From the NCBI GenBank assembly GCA_041942055.1, contig CP145874.1, positions 60,001 to 92,000 of the forward strand: 32,000 bases of DNA, read 5' to 3'. This document shows, one piece after another, positions 21,806 through 32,000 of the stretch. The notes beneath the pieces were generated by a model. The model was given only the letters and a program-made list of their open reading frames with translations. It searched no databases and was not told the DNA's origin. The position numbers and the translations under genes are program-made. The DNA comes from Candidatus Saccharimonadota bacterium (GTDB lineage Bacteria > Pseudomonadota > Gammaproteobacteria > Enterobacterales > Enterobacteriaceae). The number at the start of each line of letters is the position of its first letter. Within the stretch, counting starts at the first letter, position 1.

Positions 21806-22630
21806 TTATTGTTTATTACGAGACTGCACTATAAATTTATCAGTACGTTTATTTTTACGAGTTTTCTTACCTTTAGTAGGTATCCCCCAAGGAGTTACTG
21901 GATGTTTTCCAAAATTGCGTCCTTCACCACCTCCATGAGGATGATCAATAGGATTCATTGCGGTTCCTCTTACTGTAGGACGATCACCTAACCATCTTTT
22001 AGCACCTGCTTTACCTAAAATGCGTAACATATGTTCAGAATTACCTACTTCTCCTATTGTAGCACGGCAATTACAAGAAATCCTTCGTAATTCTCCTGAA
22101 CGTAAACGAATAATCACATGCGATCCTTCATGTGTAATTATTTGTGCTGATGACCCCGCTGCACGCGCAATTTGTCCTCCTTTACCATGTTTTATTTCTA
22201 TATTATGTATAGTCGTTCCTATTGGAATCTTATAAATAGGTAAAGTATTGGCTATTTTTATAGGAGCATCATTTCCCGATTGGATTTGATCTCCAACTTT
22301 TAGTTCCTTAGGAGCTAAAATATAACGACGTTCACCATCTTGATATAATACCAAAGCAATATTTGCCGATCTATTCGGATCATATTCAATCCGTTCAATA
22401 TAAGCAATAATATCATCCTTATTACGTTTAAAATCAATTAACCGATATTGTTGTTTATGTCCTCCTCCAATATGGCGTACAGTAATTATACCCTGATTAT
22501 TTCTACCACCAGTTTTCAATTTTTTTTTAGTTAATAAAGCAAAGCTACGACCTTTATAAAGATCCGAATTAACTAATTTTACAACATGGCGACGACCAGG
22601 GGAAGTTGGTTTACATTTGATTAATGTCAT
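21806..22630 (-). CDS. rplB: 50S ribosomal protein L2
   Basis: 274 aa, containing [23 protein letters not shown]...[18 protein letters not shown]. Confidence 0.98.
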   Translation of the reverse strand: MTLIKCKPTSPGRRHVVKLVNSDLYKGRSFALLTKKKLKTGGRNNQGIITVRHIGGGHKQQYRLIDFKRNKDDIIAYIERIEYDPNRSANIALVLYQDGERRYILAPKELKVGDQIQSGNDAPIKIANTLPIYKIPIGTTIHNIEIKHGKGGQIARAAGSSAQIITHEGSHVIIRLRSGELRRISCNCRATIGEVGNSEHMLRILGKAGAKRWLGDRPTVRGTAMNPIDHPHGGGEGRNFGKHPVTPWGIPTKGKKTRKNKRTDKFIVQSRNKQ

Positions 22631-22637
22631 TATTAAT

Positions 22638-22982
22638 TTATTCCATTGTTCTATCTATGTTATTATTTATTAACTCGATTTTGTGTCCTAATTTTAAAGT
22701 GATATAAGCTTTTTTCCAATGATTTTTACGTGATTGAATCGCTTGATGAGATTTACCATAACTCACATGAGATTTGACTTTGCCTTTAACTTGTAAAGTA
22801 TTTACTATCAAAACTTCCACATTAAAAATTGTTTTAATGGCTTTTTTAATAGCTGCTTTAGTGGCATCCTTTCTAACCTGAAAAACTATAGTATTATGGA
22901 TTTTTTCCAGATTGGAAGACTTTTCAGAAACATGAGGAAAACATAAGATATTATGATCGATTAATTTTTTATTAGTAGTCAT
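22638..22982 (-). CDS. rplW: 50S ribosomal protein L23 (with internal insertion and terminal extensions)
   Basis: 114 aa versus 100 in E. coli. PHVSEKSS...[29 protein letters not shown]...WKKAYITLK is the L23 core. The ATG overlaps the rplD stop by 4 nt. Confidence 0.93.
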   Translation of the reverse strand: MTTNKKLIDHNILCFPHVSEKSSNLEKIHNTIVFQVRKDATKAAIKKAIKTIFNVEVLIVNTLQVKGKVKSHVSYGKSHQAIQSRKNHWKKAYITLKLGHKIELINNNIDRTME

Positions 22983-23584
22983 CTTAATATTGTTTCCAAA
23001 TTCTTAATAGCATTGACAGTAATAATAATATTATTAAATCCAATTAAACTTATGGGATCTATAGATTGAAAGGTTCTAACATCAACTCCGTATAAATTAC
23101 GTGCTGCTAGAAATAAGTTGGAATCCCATTTATCAGTAATAATTAATACATTATTGGTGATCAATTTATTTAGTTTATTTACTAAACATTTAGTTTTCGG
23201 AGAAGTTAAAGAGAATTCTTCAAAAATCATCATACGACTTTGTCTTATCAATTCTGATAAGATACTTTTCAATGCACCTCGATACATTTTTTTATTTAAT
23301 TTATATAAATGTTGTTTAGGTTTTGCAGCAAAAGTAACACCACCAGAACGCCAAATTGGACTCTTAACTGAGCCAGCTCTTGCTCTACCTAATCCTTTCT
23401 GCCGCCATGGTTTTTTATTTGAACCTTTTACTTCTGATCGACTTTTTTGTGCTTTAGTACCTTGACGAGCTCGAGTACTAAAAGCCACTACAACTTGATG
23501 TATTAAAGATTGGTTAAAAGATTGTCCAAAAATTTTTTCAGACACTTTCATCATATTACAAGTATCTTGTATTAGCAATTCCAT
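22979..23584 (-). CDS. rplD: 50S ribosomal protein L4
   Basis: MELLIQD...[33 protein letters not shown]...[14 protein letters not shown] matches L4. ATG 23584 has AGGA 7 nt upstream and gives 201 aa as in E. coli. The alternative ATG at 23590 adds MN. Confidence 0.95.
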   Translation of the reverse strand: MELLIQDTCNMMKVSEKIFGQSFNQSLIHQVVVAFSTRARQGTKAQKSRSEVKGSNKKPWRQKGLGRARAGSVKSPIWRSGGVTFAAKPKQHLYKLNKKMYRGALKSILSELIRQSRMMIFEEFSLTSPKTKCLVNKLNKLITNNVLIITDKWDSNLFLAARNLYGVDVRTFQSIDPISLIGFNNIIITVNAIKNLETILR

Positions 23585-23604
23585 ATTCATATCCTAGAAG
23601 AACA

Positions 23605-24243
23605 TCATTTGATGGCTGGTTTCACAATAATTTCACTACCAGTAAATCCTGGAATAGATCCTTTAACTAATAGATAATTATTTTCGGGATCTACACGAAT
23701 AACTTTGAGATTTTGAATAGTTACACGTTCGTTTCCTAATCTTCCAGCCATTTTTTTTCCTTTAAAAACTCTTCCTGGAGTCTGATTTTGTCCAATAGAT
23801 CCTGGAACGCGATGGGATAAAGAGTTTCCATGACTAGCATCTTGAGTATGAAAATTCCATCGTTTCACAGTTCCAGCAAAGCCTTTACCTTTAGAAGTTC
23901 CTACAACATCTACTTTCTGTAATTTACTAAAATGACTGACATTAATACTTTTGCCTATAATAAATTGCCTTTTTTTTTCTTCTAATGTAGATATTTTAAA
24001 TTCTTTTAAACTTCGTCCTGCACTCACACCTGCCTTTTTAAAATGTCCTGCTTGCGATTGATTAATACGACTAGGTTTTATTTTACCTGTAGTTACTTGT
24101 ATAGCATCATAACCATCAGTTATAAGGGTTTTTATTTGAGTAATATAATTCTCTTCAATTTTTATTACAGTAACTGGAATAGATTCTCCATTTTTTGTAA
24201 AAATCCGAGTCATTCCAAGTTTGGTACCCACTAAACCAATCAT
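23605..24243 (-). CDS. rplC: 50S ribosomal protein L3
   Basis: 212 aa, with [15 protein letters not shown]...[49 protein letters not shown]. Confidence 0.98.
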   Translation of the reverse strand: MIGLVGTKLGMTRIFTKNGESIPVTVIKIEENYITQIKTLITDGYDAIQVTTGKIKPSRINQSQAGHFKKAGVSAGRSLKEFKISTLEEKKRQFIIGKSINVSHFSKLQKVDVVGTSKGKGFAGTVKRWNFHTQDASHGNSLSHRVPGSIGQNQTPGRVFKGKKMAGRLGNERVTIQNLKVIRVDPENNYLLVKGSIPGFTGSEIIVKPAIK

Positions 24244-24293
24244 GGTTTATAATCCTTAAAAATTATTATTAGATTTATTAAAATAATTATCTA

Positions 24294-24623
<330 letters not shown>

Positions 24624-24687
24624 TCATTAGGTAAATAACTCCCCATTTTTTCCATTAGCAAGAATAATTTGGTTTAATTGAAATTGA

Positions 24688-24719
24688 CTCATCTATCAGT
24701 ATACCTAAACTGATATGAG
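24688..24719 (-). promoter_or_regulatory. Imperfect hairpin in the tuf-rpsJ spacer (candidate S10-leader structure or weak tuf terminator)
   Basis: The minus strand reads CTCAT-ATCAGT ttaggtat ACTGAT-AG-ATGAG, giving 11 bp of stem with a 2-nt bulge and an 8-nt loop. No U-run follows it. Confidence 0.3.
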
Positions 24720-24793
24720 ATAGGAAGTACATTAAATAAATTTATATTGTTGTAAAAATTTATCTTAATACTAAAGAATATTTTATTTTTCTT

Positions 24794-25978
24794 CTAACTA
24801 ATTACTTTAGTAACTAAACCAGCACCTACAGTACGACCGCCTTCTCGAATAGCAAATCTAAGTCCTTCATCCATAGCAATGGGATGAATAAGATTTACTA
24901 ACATTTTTATATTATCTCCTGGCATGACCATTTCTACTTCTTTTGCTAATTCAACCGTACCAGTAACATCTGTGGTGCGAAAATAAAATTGAGGTCTGTA
25001 ACCATTAAAAAACGGAGTATGACGACCTCCTTCATCTTTATTAAGAATATATACTTCAGCTTCAAATTTAGAATGGGGTTTGATAGAATTTGGCTTAGCT
25101 AAGACTTGTCCTCTTTCAATATCTTCTCGCTTTATACCTCTTAATAAAATTCCAATATTTTCACCGGCTCGTCCTTCATCTAATAATTTACGGAACATTT
25201 CTACTCCTGTACATATAGATTTAACGGTATTTCTAATACCTACTATTTCTACTTCTTCACCTATTTTGATGACTCCTTGTTCGACACGTCCAGTAACTAC
25301 TGTTCCTCTACCTGAGATAGAAAAAACATCTTCAATTGGTAATAAAAATGGTTTGTCAATATTACGTTTTGGTTCAGGGATATAATTATCTAAATGATTA
25401 GCTAATTCAATAATTTTTTGTTCCCAATTTTTATCTCCTTCTAATACTTTTAATGCTGAACCATGTACTATAGGTGTGGTGTCTCCAGGAAAATCATATT
25501 GTGATAGTAAATCACGAACTTCCATTTCCACTAATTCTAATAATTCTTCATCGTTAACCATATCACATTTATTTATAAAAACGATGATATAAGGTACACC
25601 TACTTGACGAGCTAAAAGAATATGTTCTCGAGTTTGCGGCATCGGACCATCTGTAGCAGCTACAACTAATATGGCACCATCCATTTGTGCAGCTCCTGTA
25701 ATCATATTTTTTACATAATCTGCATGTCCTGGACAATCGACATGTGCATAATGACGAGTTAGAGTATCATATTCTACATGAGAAGTATTGATTGTAATAC
25801 CTCTGGCTTTTTCTTCAGGTGCATTGTCAATTTGATCAAAACCATAAGCAGCCCCTCCGTAATGTTTTGCTAATACGGTAGTAATTGCTGCAGTTAAAGT
25901 AGTTTTTCCATGATCGACATGACCTATCGTACCTACATTAATATGTGGCTTTTTACGGGTAAATTTTTCTTTAGACAC
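24794..25978 (-). CDS. tuf: Elongation factor Tu (GTG start)
   Basis: 394 aa, highly similar to E. coli EF-Tu throughout ([22 protein letters not shown]). The start reads GTG TCT AAA GAA AAA TTT as in E. coli tufA, with AAGGA 7 nt upstream. Confidence 0.99.
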   Translation of the reverse strand: MSKEKFTRKKPHINVGTIGHVDHGKTTLTAAITTVLAKHYGGAAYGFDQIDNAPEEKARGITINTSHVEYDTLTRHYAHVDCPGHADYVKNMITGAAQMDGAILVVAATDGPMPQTREHILLARQVGVPYIIVFINKCDMVNDEELLELVEMEVRDLLSQYDFPGDTTPIVHGSALKVLEGDKNWEQKIIELANHLDNYIPEPKRNIDKPFLLPIEDVFSISGRGTVVTGRVEQGVIKIGEEVEIVGIRNTVKSICTGVEMFRKLLDEGRAGENIGILLRGIKREDIERGQVLAKPNSIKPHSKFEAEVYILNKDEGGRHTPFFNGYRPQFYFRTTDVTGTVELAKEVEMVMPGDNIKMLVNLIHPIAMDEGLRFAIREGGRTVGAGLVTKVIS

Positions 25979-26054
25979 AGCTTATTCCTTAAATAAATTT
26001 TATGTTGGTATTAGAAGCGTAAGATTGACTAAATTAATTGGAAAATAAAAACCA

Positions 26055-28154
26055 TCATTTATGATGAGATTCTATAATAGCCTTACTAATATTCATAGGA
26101 GCTTCATTATATTTTAAAAACTCCATCGAATAAGAACCTCTACCTTGAGTTTGAGATCTCAGATCTGTAGCATATCCAAACATCTCTGATAATGGAATCT
26201 GAGCACGAATAATCTTAAGATTATTATTTTCTTCCATACTTTCAATTATTCCTCTACGACGCGTTACATCCCCAATCACTTCACCCATATAATTTTTTGG
26301 CATTTCTATTTCTACTTTCATAATAGGTTCTAAAATCACTGGCTGTGCTTTTCTAAATCCTTCTTTAAATGCTATGGAAGCAGCAATTTTAAAAGCCATT
26401 TCCGATGAATCAACTTCATGGTAAGAACCATCAAAAAGTGTCACTTTTACATCAACTACCGGATAACCTGCTATTACTCCTGTTTTAATTTGTTCTTGAA
26501 TGCCTTTATCTATACCGAGAATGTATTCTTTAGGAATTACTCCTCCTACGATTGCATTAATGAATTCATATCCTACACCTCCGGATCGCAATGGTTCTAT
26601 TCTTAACCAAACATGACCGAATTGTCCTCGACCACCGGATTGACGAATATATTTTCCTTCTTGTTCAATAACCTTACGAATCGTTTCACGATAAGCAACT
26701 TGCGGTTTGCCAATATTAGCTTGAATATTAAATTCACGAAACATTCTATCTTTAATAATTTCTAAATGCAATTCACCCATTCCAGCAATAATTGTCTGAC
26801 CTGATTCCAGATCTGTCCAAACATGAAAAGATGGATCTTCTTTAGTCATTTTTCCTAAAACTATACTCATTCTTTCTTGATCTATTTTAGTTTTAGGTTC
26901 TATTGCCACCGAAATGACTGGTTCCGGAAAATCCATTCTTTCTAGAATTATCGGATTATGTGGATCACAAAGTGTATCACCTGTATTAACATCTTTGAGT
27001 CCAACTGCAGCAGCTATATCTCCCGCTCTAACTTCTTTTATTTCTTCTTTTTTATTAGCATGCATTTGTACTATACGTCCCAATCGTTCTCGTTGAGATT
27101 TAACGGGATTTAATACTATATCGCCACAATTTACTACTCCGGAATATACTCTAAAAAATGTTAAATTCCCTACAAATGGATCTGATGTTACTTTAAATGC
27201 TAAAGCGGAAAAAAATTCATTATCATTCGATTGACGTATAAGGTTTTGTTTATCTAAATACACTCCATTAATAGGAGGAATATCAATAGGAGCTGGCAGA
27301 TATTCTATAATAGCATCTAAAATTGTCTGAACCCCTTTATTTTTAAAAGCCGATCCACAGGTAACTAATAAAATTTCATTTTTTAAAACCCGATTTCGCA
27401 AAGAGGATTTGATTTCTTTTTCACTTAAAGATTCACCATTCAAATATTTATACATTAAATCTTCTGATGATTCTACTGCAGATTCCACTAAATTTTGGTG
27501 CCACTTTGTAGCTAGTGTTCTCATTTCTATTGGAATATCACCATATATAAAAGTTACTCCATTGTCTTCATTATTCCAATGAATTGCTTTCATATTTACT
27601 AAATCAATCACACCCGTAAATTTATCCTCAATACCAATTGGTAATTGAATTGGTACTGGATTAGCTGATAATCTATGTTTTAGTTGCTCAACTACTTTAA
27701 AGAAATCTGCTCCTATACGATCCATTTTATTGATGAATGCTATACGAGGAACATTATACTTATTCGCCTGTCTCCATACAGTTTCAGATTGCGGTTGAAC
27801 ACCCCCAACAGCGCAATATATCATAACTACACCATCTAGTATACGCATTGAACGTTCTACTTCAACTGTAAAATCCACATGTCCTGGGGTATCTATAATA
27901 TTAATACGATGAGGTTCAAATTGCTTAACCATACCAGACCAAAAGGCTGTTGTAGCTGCTGAAGTAATAGTAATACCTCTTTCTTGTTCTTGTTCCATCC
28001 AGTCCATAGTGGCTGCACCATCATGAACTTCTCCTATTTTATGATTTACTCCCGTATAATATAAAATCCGCTCTGTAGTAGTAGTTTTACCCGCATCAAT
28101 ATGTGCACTAATACCAATATTACGATAATGTGTAATAGGTGTTGTACGAGCCAT
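26055..28154 (-). CDS. fusA: Elongation factor G
   Basis: 699 aa, containing [39 protein letters not shown] and further conserved blocks, collinear with E. coli EF-G. Confidence 0.99.
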   Translation of the reverse strand: MARTTPITHYRNIGISAHIDAGKTTTTERILYYTGVNHKIGEVHDGAATMDWMEQEQERGITITSAATTAFWSGMVKQFEPHRINIIDTPGHVDFTVEVERSMRILDGVVMIYCAVGGVQPQSETVWRQANKYNVPRIAFINKMDRIGADFFKVVEQLKHRLSANPVPIQLPIGIEDKFTGVIDLVNMKAIHWNNEDNGVTFIYGDIPIEMRTLATKWHQNLVESAVESSEDLMYKYLNGESLSEKEIKSSLRNRVLKNEILLVTCGSAFKNKGVQTILDAIIEYLPAPIDIPPINGVYLDKQNLIRQSNDNEFFSALAFKVTSDPFVGNLTFFRVYSGVVNCGDIVLNPVKSQRERLGRIVQMHANKKEEIKEVRAGDIAAAVGLKDVNTGDTLCDPHNPIILERMDFPEPVISVAIEPKTKIDQERMSIVLGKMTKEDPSFHVWTDLESGQTIIAGMGELHLEIIKDRMFREFNIQANIGKPQVAYRETIRKVIEQEGKYIRQSGGRGQFGHVWLRIEPLRSGGVGYEFINAIVGGVIPKEYILGIDKGIQEQIKTGVIAGYPVVDVKVTLFDGSYHEVDSSEMAFKIAASIAFKEGFRKAQPVILEPIMKVEIEMPKNYMGEVIGDVTRRRGIIESMEENNNLKIIRAQIPLSEMFGYATDLRSQTQGRGSYSMEFLKYNEAPMNISKAIIESHHK

Positions 28155-28229
28155 TTAAATCCTCTAATGTCTTAGAAATTGATCTTAAATACCTTATCTT
28201 CTCACTCTCTCATTAGAGATTAATTTAAT

Positions 28230-28700
28230 TTACCATCTAAAATGAATAAAAGCTTTATTAGATTCAGCTATTCTATGTACTTCTTCTTTTTTTTTAACCG
28301 CATATCCTTTATTTTCAAATGCTTCAAATAACTCATTTGCTAATTTTTGATCCATAGATTGATTTTTTCTTTTTCTAGCCGCTTCAACTATCCATCGCAT
28401 TGCAAGAGTATTACGTCGTACTTGACGTACTTCCACAGGTATTTGATATGTAGAACCACCTACTCGTCGGGATTTTACTTCTAACAAAGGACGAACATTT
28501 TCTAATGCTAACTCAAATGATTTTAATTCGTCCATTCCAGAACGGTTTGCAACCATCTTTAATGCGGAATATACTATTTTTTCTGCTAGAGCTTTTTTTC
28601 CCTCTAACATTAATATATTAATAAATTTAGCTAATAATTCTGATTTAAATTTAGGATCCGCCATAATTTTTCTATTACCAACAATACGACGACGTGACAT
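28230..28700 (-). CDS. rpsG: 30S ribosomal protein S7
   Basis: [18 protein letters not shown]...[18 protein letters not shown]...AFIHFRW matches S7. ATG 28700 has GGAG 9 nt upstream. The track start at 28715 adds 5 unaligned residues. Confidence 0.96.
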   Translation of the reverse strand: MSRRRIVGNRKIMADPKFKSELLAKFINILMLEGKKALAEKIVYSALKMVANRSGMDELKSFELALENVRPLLEVKSRRVGGSTYQIPVEVRQVRRNTLAMRWIVEAARKRKNQSMDQKLANELFEAFENKGYAVKKKEEVHRIAESNKAFIHFRW

Positions 28701-28736
28701 AATATAATACTCCATCTATTAAATGATAAACAATAT

Positions 28737-29108
28737 TTAGATTTTTTTCTTAGTACCATATTTAGATCTAGCACGTTTACGATCTTTTACTCCCGAACAA
28801 TCATAAGCTCCACGAATTGTATGATAACGTACTCCAGGTAAATCTTTAACACGTCCTCCACGAATCAGAACAACGGAATGTTCTTGTAAATTATGACCTT
28901 CTCCACCAATATAAGAAGTTACTTCAAAACCATTAGTTAAACGAACTCGACATACTTTACGCAAAGCCGAGTTAGGTTTTTTAGGAGTAGTAGTATATAC
29001 TCTTGTACATACTCCTCTTTTTTGTGGACATCCTTGTAATGCTGGAACATTACTTTTGCTTATTTTATTTTTTCTAGATTTTCGTACGAGTTGATTTATA
29101 GTTGCCAT
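28737..29108 (-). CDS. rpsL: 30S ribosomal protein S12
   Basis: 123 aa, containing [52 protein letters not shown]. The residues at the classical streptomycin-resistance sites (PKKPNSA, RVKDLPG) are wild type. Confidence 0.99.
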   Translation of the reverse strand: MATINQLVRKSRKNKISKSNVPALQGCPQKRGVCTRVYTTTPKKPNSALRKVCRVRLTNGFEVTSYIGGEGHNLQEHSVVLIRGGRVKDLPGVRYHTIRGAYDCSGVKDRKRARSKYGTKKKI

Positions 29109-29149
29109 ACTTTTATCCTTTAATTTTCACGAAGAAAAGATCTGGAAAA

Positions 29150-29443
29150 TTACCAATGTATTTGTTGTATATGAGTAGTAGAAAGTGTTATAAATTCATC
29201 ATAATTAATTAAATTAATATTTGATGACATTAAATTTAAAACTCCACGGGCTTCTACATCATTCTTCAGTGCATATCTTGTTGCTACAGGAATAATTGAT
29301 AATTCATTAAAAAGTATATTATAGGTTTTAAAACCCATAATTATTCCGTCTTGTAACATGAAAATTTCATCACCATGCATTAAAAAACGTAAAAACACCT
29401 CTAGATCTATGGAATGTAAAGGATGTGATAAAATATGTAACAT
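29150..29443 (-). CDS. tusB: Sulfurtransferase complex subunit TusB (DsrH family)
   Basis: 97 aa. MLHIL...GDEIFMLQDGI...YALKNDVEARG...INLINYDEF is collinear with E. coli TusB/YheL, and its position immediately upstream of rpsL matches E. coli. Confidence 0.88.
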   Translation of the reverse strand: MLHILSHPLHSIDLEVFLRFLMHGDEIFMLQDGIIMGFKTYNILFNELSIIPVATRYALKNDVEARGVLNLMSSNINLINYDEFITLSTTHIQQIHW

Positions 29444-29458
29444 TTATATCAAATATAT

Positions 29459-29818
29459 TTAAAATGTTAAAATTTTTTCAAAAAAATGTAGCTTGTTTTT
29501 TAAATCATTAGGAGATAATATCTCTACAGAAATTAAAAATTTCGTTTTTAAATTAATTCCTCTTTGTATTAATGACATTCCACATACATATATATACTTT
29601 ATATCATAAATTTCTAAAATTTTAAAGCTCTTCACATAATGACGTGTTAAAATTTTCTTGGTATTTTGAAAAGGATAAATTTGTAATACTCCATCACCAA
29701 TAAAAAAAACTCCTATCTCATTTGTAAGAGCTGCGGTTGCTAAAACTACATCCAAACCTTCACGACCTGAACTAGTACCGTGAGGAGAATGTAAAAAAAT
29801 AAAAGCAATAGGTTTCAA
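29459..29818 (-). CDS. tusC: Sulfurtransferase complex subunit TusC (DsrF family)
   Basis: 119 aa. IAFIFLHSPHGTSSGREGLDVVLATAALT...VFFIGDGVLQ is collinear with E. coli TusC/YheM. Confidence 0.88.
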   Translation of the reverse strand: MKPIAFIFLHSPHGTSSGREGLDVVLATAALTNEIGVFFIGDGVLQIYPFQNTKKILTRHYVKSFKILEIYDIKYIYVCGMSLIQRGINLKTKFLISVEILSPNDLKNKLHFFEKILTF

Positions 29819-30201
29819 AATTGTACTAATCTATCACAATCTAGCATTGACTTAACTAAAGATCCTAATCCCCGGATTTTAAATCCGCTTTCAATATTAT
29901 TTATTTGTTCTAAGGTTTTATTATGAGTAAAAATTCCTACTCCTCGCCTCATAGCAGCTGATGAACATATATATAATGGAATTTCATATTCCAGATTCAT
30001 TTGATACCAAGCACGTACTAAATCAAATTCATCTGTAGCAGGATAAGTATACCGATTAGCATTATATATTCCTTCTCCATAAAAAATCAAATCTAATTGA
30101 GGATTAATACTAGAACTAATAATTTTTTGAGCAAATAAATAAGCAGTACGTGCATTTTGTGTTCCATAAGCAGGACCGGTAACAAATAAAACTAACTGCA
30201 T
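29815..30201 (-). CDS. tusD: Sulfurtransferase TusD (DsrE family)
   Basis: 128 aa, with VTGPAYGTQNA...DEFDLVRAW...YICSSAAMRRG (catalytic Cys context conserved)...CDRLVQF. It overlaps tusC by 4 nt. Confidence 0.9.
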   Translation of the reverse strand: MQLVLFVTGPAYGTQNARTAYLFAQKIISSSINPQLDLIFYGEGIYNANRYTYPATDEFDLVRAWYQMNLEYEIPLYICSSAAMRRGVGIFTHNKTLEQINNIESGFKIRGLGSLVKSMLDCDRLVQF

Positions 30202-30235
30202 TATATACTTCCTAAAATTCGCTTGAATTTAATAT

Positions 30236-30269
30236 ATCTTATTTGACATATTTCCTATGTCAATATAAA
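30236..30269. promoter_or_regulatory. Candidate divergent promoter pair built on the palindrome TTGACATA-N5-TATGTCAA (30243-30263)
   Basis: Each arm of the 8-bp inverted repeat is a consensus -35 hexamer on its own strand. The minus strand has TTGACA-N16-TAAGAT pointing toward tusD. The plus strand has TTGACA-N15-TATAAA pointing toward lpdA. Confidence 0.35.
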
Positions 30270-30380
30270 AGAATAATTTATGTTTAGTACAATAAAAAAT
30301 TATACACTTTTAAATTAATTCTATAGTCAAACAATTATTTGAGTTGATTTTTTTTTAATCTATGCAAAAGGAATATACAT

Positions 30381-31811
30381 ATGGCTATAAAACATTTAAG
30401 AACTGAAGTTCTAATTATTGGTGCAGGCCCTTCAGGATATTCAGCAGCTTTTAGATGTGCTGACTTAGGATTACAAACATATTTAGTAGAATCTAAAGAT
30501 TTATTGGGTGGAGTATGTCTTAATGAAGGATGTATTCCTTCTAAAACTTTACTAGATATTAGTAAATTGATTAATCAAACCAAAAAAATGACTCAAAAAG
30601 GAATTTTTTCACAAATTCCTAATCTCAATATCAATGAAGTATGTAATTGGAAACAAAAAGTGGTTAATAAAATAGCAGGGGGATTAGCAATAATGGCTAA
30701 ACATCGTAAAGTTCCTGTCATTCAAGGAAGAGCAGAATTTATTAATTCACATACAATAACTGTTCAGCAAGATAGTAGTATTTTGGCAAAAATTACATTT
30801 GATAATGTTATTATTGCTACCGGTTCACGTCCAATCGACATTCCATTAAGTTATCAGAAAGATAAGAGAATATGGAATTCGACAACAGCTTTATCAGTTC
30901 CATTTATTCCTTCAAAACTTCTAATTATTGGCGGAGGTATTATAGGATTAGAAATGGCTACTATTTATCACTCATTTGGATCACAAATTGATATAATTGA
31001 ATTGTATGATCAGCTGATTCCAGGATTAGATAAAGATCTAATTGAATTTTTTACTAAAATCATAACAAATCAATTTAATTTAAGATTAAATACTAAAGTT
31101 ATTGATATAAAATCTCAAAAAGATGGTATTGAAGTTATCATTCAAGGTAAAAATACTTCTTCAGAATCCAAACTTTATGATGCAGTTTTAATTGCTATTG
31201 GAAGAAAACCGAATACTGATTTAATTAATCTAAAAGCAATTGGTGTAGAAGTGAATGAGAGAGGATTTATTATTGTTAATGAACAAATGCGTTCTAACGT
31301 GCATCATATTTATGCAATTGGAGATATTGTTGGTCAACCTATGTTAGCGCATAAAGGTATGCACGAAGGACATATAGCAGCAGAAGTTATTGCTGGAAAA
31401 AAACATTACTTTGATCCTCACGTTATACCATATATAGCTTATACAGATCCTGAGATAGCTTGGATAGGTACTAGCGAAAAAGAAGCCAATCTAAAAAAAA
31501 TAAAATATGAAGTTGGAATTTACCCTTGGTCAGCATCTGGACGTGCTATGGTATCTGATAATTCTAATGGAATAACTAAATTAATTAGTAACAAATCTAA
31601 TAACCTTATTATAGGAGGAGGAATTGTAGGTCATAATTGCAGTGAAATACTTGGTGAAATAGCATTAGCAATTGAAATGCAATGTAATATTGAAGATATT
31701 GCTCTTACTATTCATGCACATCCAACTTTATATGAATCTATTGGTCTTAGCGCTCAAATAATGCTAGGAACAGTTACTGATTTATTGAATAAAAACAAAA
31801 AACATTCTTAA
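30381..31811 (+). CDS. lpdA: Dihydrolipoyl dehydrogenase (E3 component)
   Basis: 476 aa, collinear with E. coli Lpd: GAGPSGYSAAFRCADLGL, GGVCLNEGCIPSK, GGGIIGLEM, AIGDIVGQPMLAHKG.HEGH, HAHPTL.ES. Confidence 0.97.
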   Translation: MAIKHLRTEVLIIGAGPSGYSAAFRCADLGLQTYLVESKDLLGGVCLNEGCIPSKTLLDISKLINQTKKMTQKGIFSQIPNLNINEVCNWKQKVVNKIAGGLAIMAKHRKVPVIQGRAEFINSHTITVQQDSSILAKITFDNVIIATGSRPIDIPLSYQKDKRIWNSTTALSVPFIPSKLLIIGGGIIGLEMATIYHSFGSQIDIIELYDQLIPGLDKDLIEFFTKIITNQFNLRLNTKVIDIKSQKDGIEVIIQGKNTSSESKLYDAVLIAIGRKPNTDLINLKAIGVEVNERGFIIVNEQMRSNVHHIYAIGDIVGQPMLAHKGMHEGHIAAEVIAGKKHYFDPHVIPYIAYTDPEIAWIGTSEKEANLKKIKYEVGIYPWSASGRAMVSDNSNGITKLISNKSNNLIIGGGIVGHNCSEILGEIALAIEMQCNIEDIALTIHAHPTLYESIGLSAQIMLGTVTDLLNKNKKHS

Positions 31812-31911
31812 TAAGTCAGTTATTATTACTTAACACTAGATTTAAAATAAATTAATAAGTACATTATTATATTAATAATATATTTTTAGACTGTTATAAA
31901 GATAGTCTTTT

Positions 31912-32000
31912 ATGAAGAAAAAAAATATTCTTAAAGTGGTATTAACTTACAAGACGATTCAACATCGTATGAAAATTATCGCAGAATCTATATCAAAATA
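31912..32000 (+). CDS. 5' fragment of an ORF running off the window; possibly hypoxanthine phosphoribosyltransferase
   Basis: MKKKNILKVVLTYKTIQHRMKIIAESISK... resembles the N-terminal helix of Hpt (E. coli ...MIPEAEIKARIAELGRQITE) in pattern only. Only 29 codons are visible. lpdA and hpt lie in the same region of the E. coli map. Confidence 0.3.
   Translation, partial: MKKKNILKVVLTYKTIQHRMKIIAESISK

Noticed and set aside
31888-31911. AGACT-N11-AGTCT followed by TTTT downstream of lpdA, considered as an intrinsic terminator, and similarly TAAGT-N11-ACTTA at 31812-31832
   Set aside because: Stems of only 5 bp with 11-nt loops are too unstable to be called terminators. Comparable weak inverted repeats are common throughout AT-rich spacers.

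Overview
This window is a very AT-rich, gene-dense, intron-free bacterial core-genome segment. It looks like a reduced-genome Enterobacterales-derived endosymbiont (Blochmannia/Buchnera/Wigglesworthia-like; species not determinable by eye). I can support 51 protein genes and 3 tRNAs. The left third (1-10946, mostly + strand) holds housekeeping genes in collapsed E. coli-like micro-synteny: cutA', tRNA-Phe, nusB, folA, tRNA-Asn, asnS, pyrD, a stand-alone 2Fe-2S ferredoxin, nfo, rplY, tRNA-Pro, purA, rnr, rlmB and rpsF-rpsR-rplI. From 30201 down to 10965, 35 co-oriented minus-strand genes form one uninterrupted array: tusDCB, str (rpsL-rpsG-fusA-tuf), S10, spc and alpha operons. The window ends with lpdA and the first 29 codons of a possible hpt. 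I see no mobile elements, CRISPR, prophage, toxin-antitoxin or defence-like genes, and no unassigned long ORFs. I therefore find no evidence for a novel biological system here. What remains are genome-reduction signatures (lost priB/nsrR, trimmed RNase R, an orphan ferredoxin domain, fused ribosomal operons with eroded leaders, read-through protein extensions, tRNAs without encoded CCA) and a few promoter-like or palindromic intergenic motifs. All antisense ORFs in the six-frame track are shadow ORFs of conserved genes.
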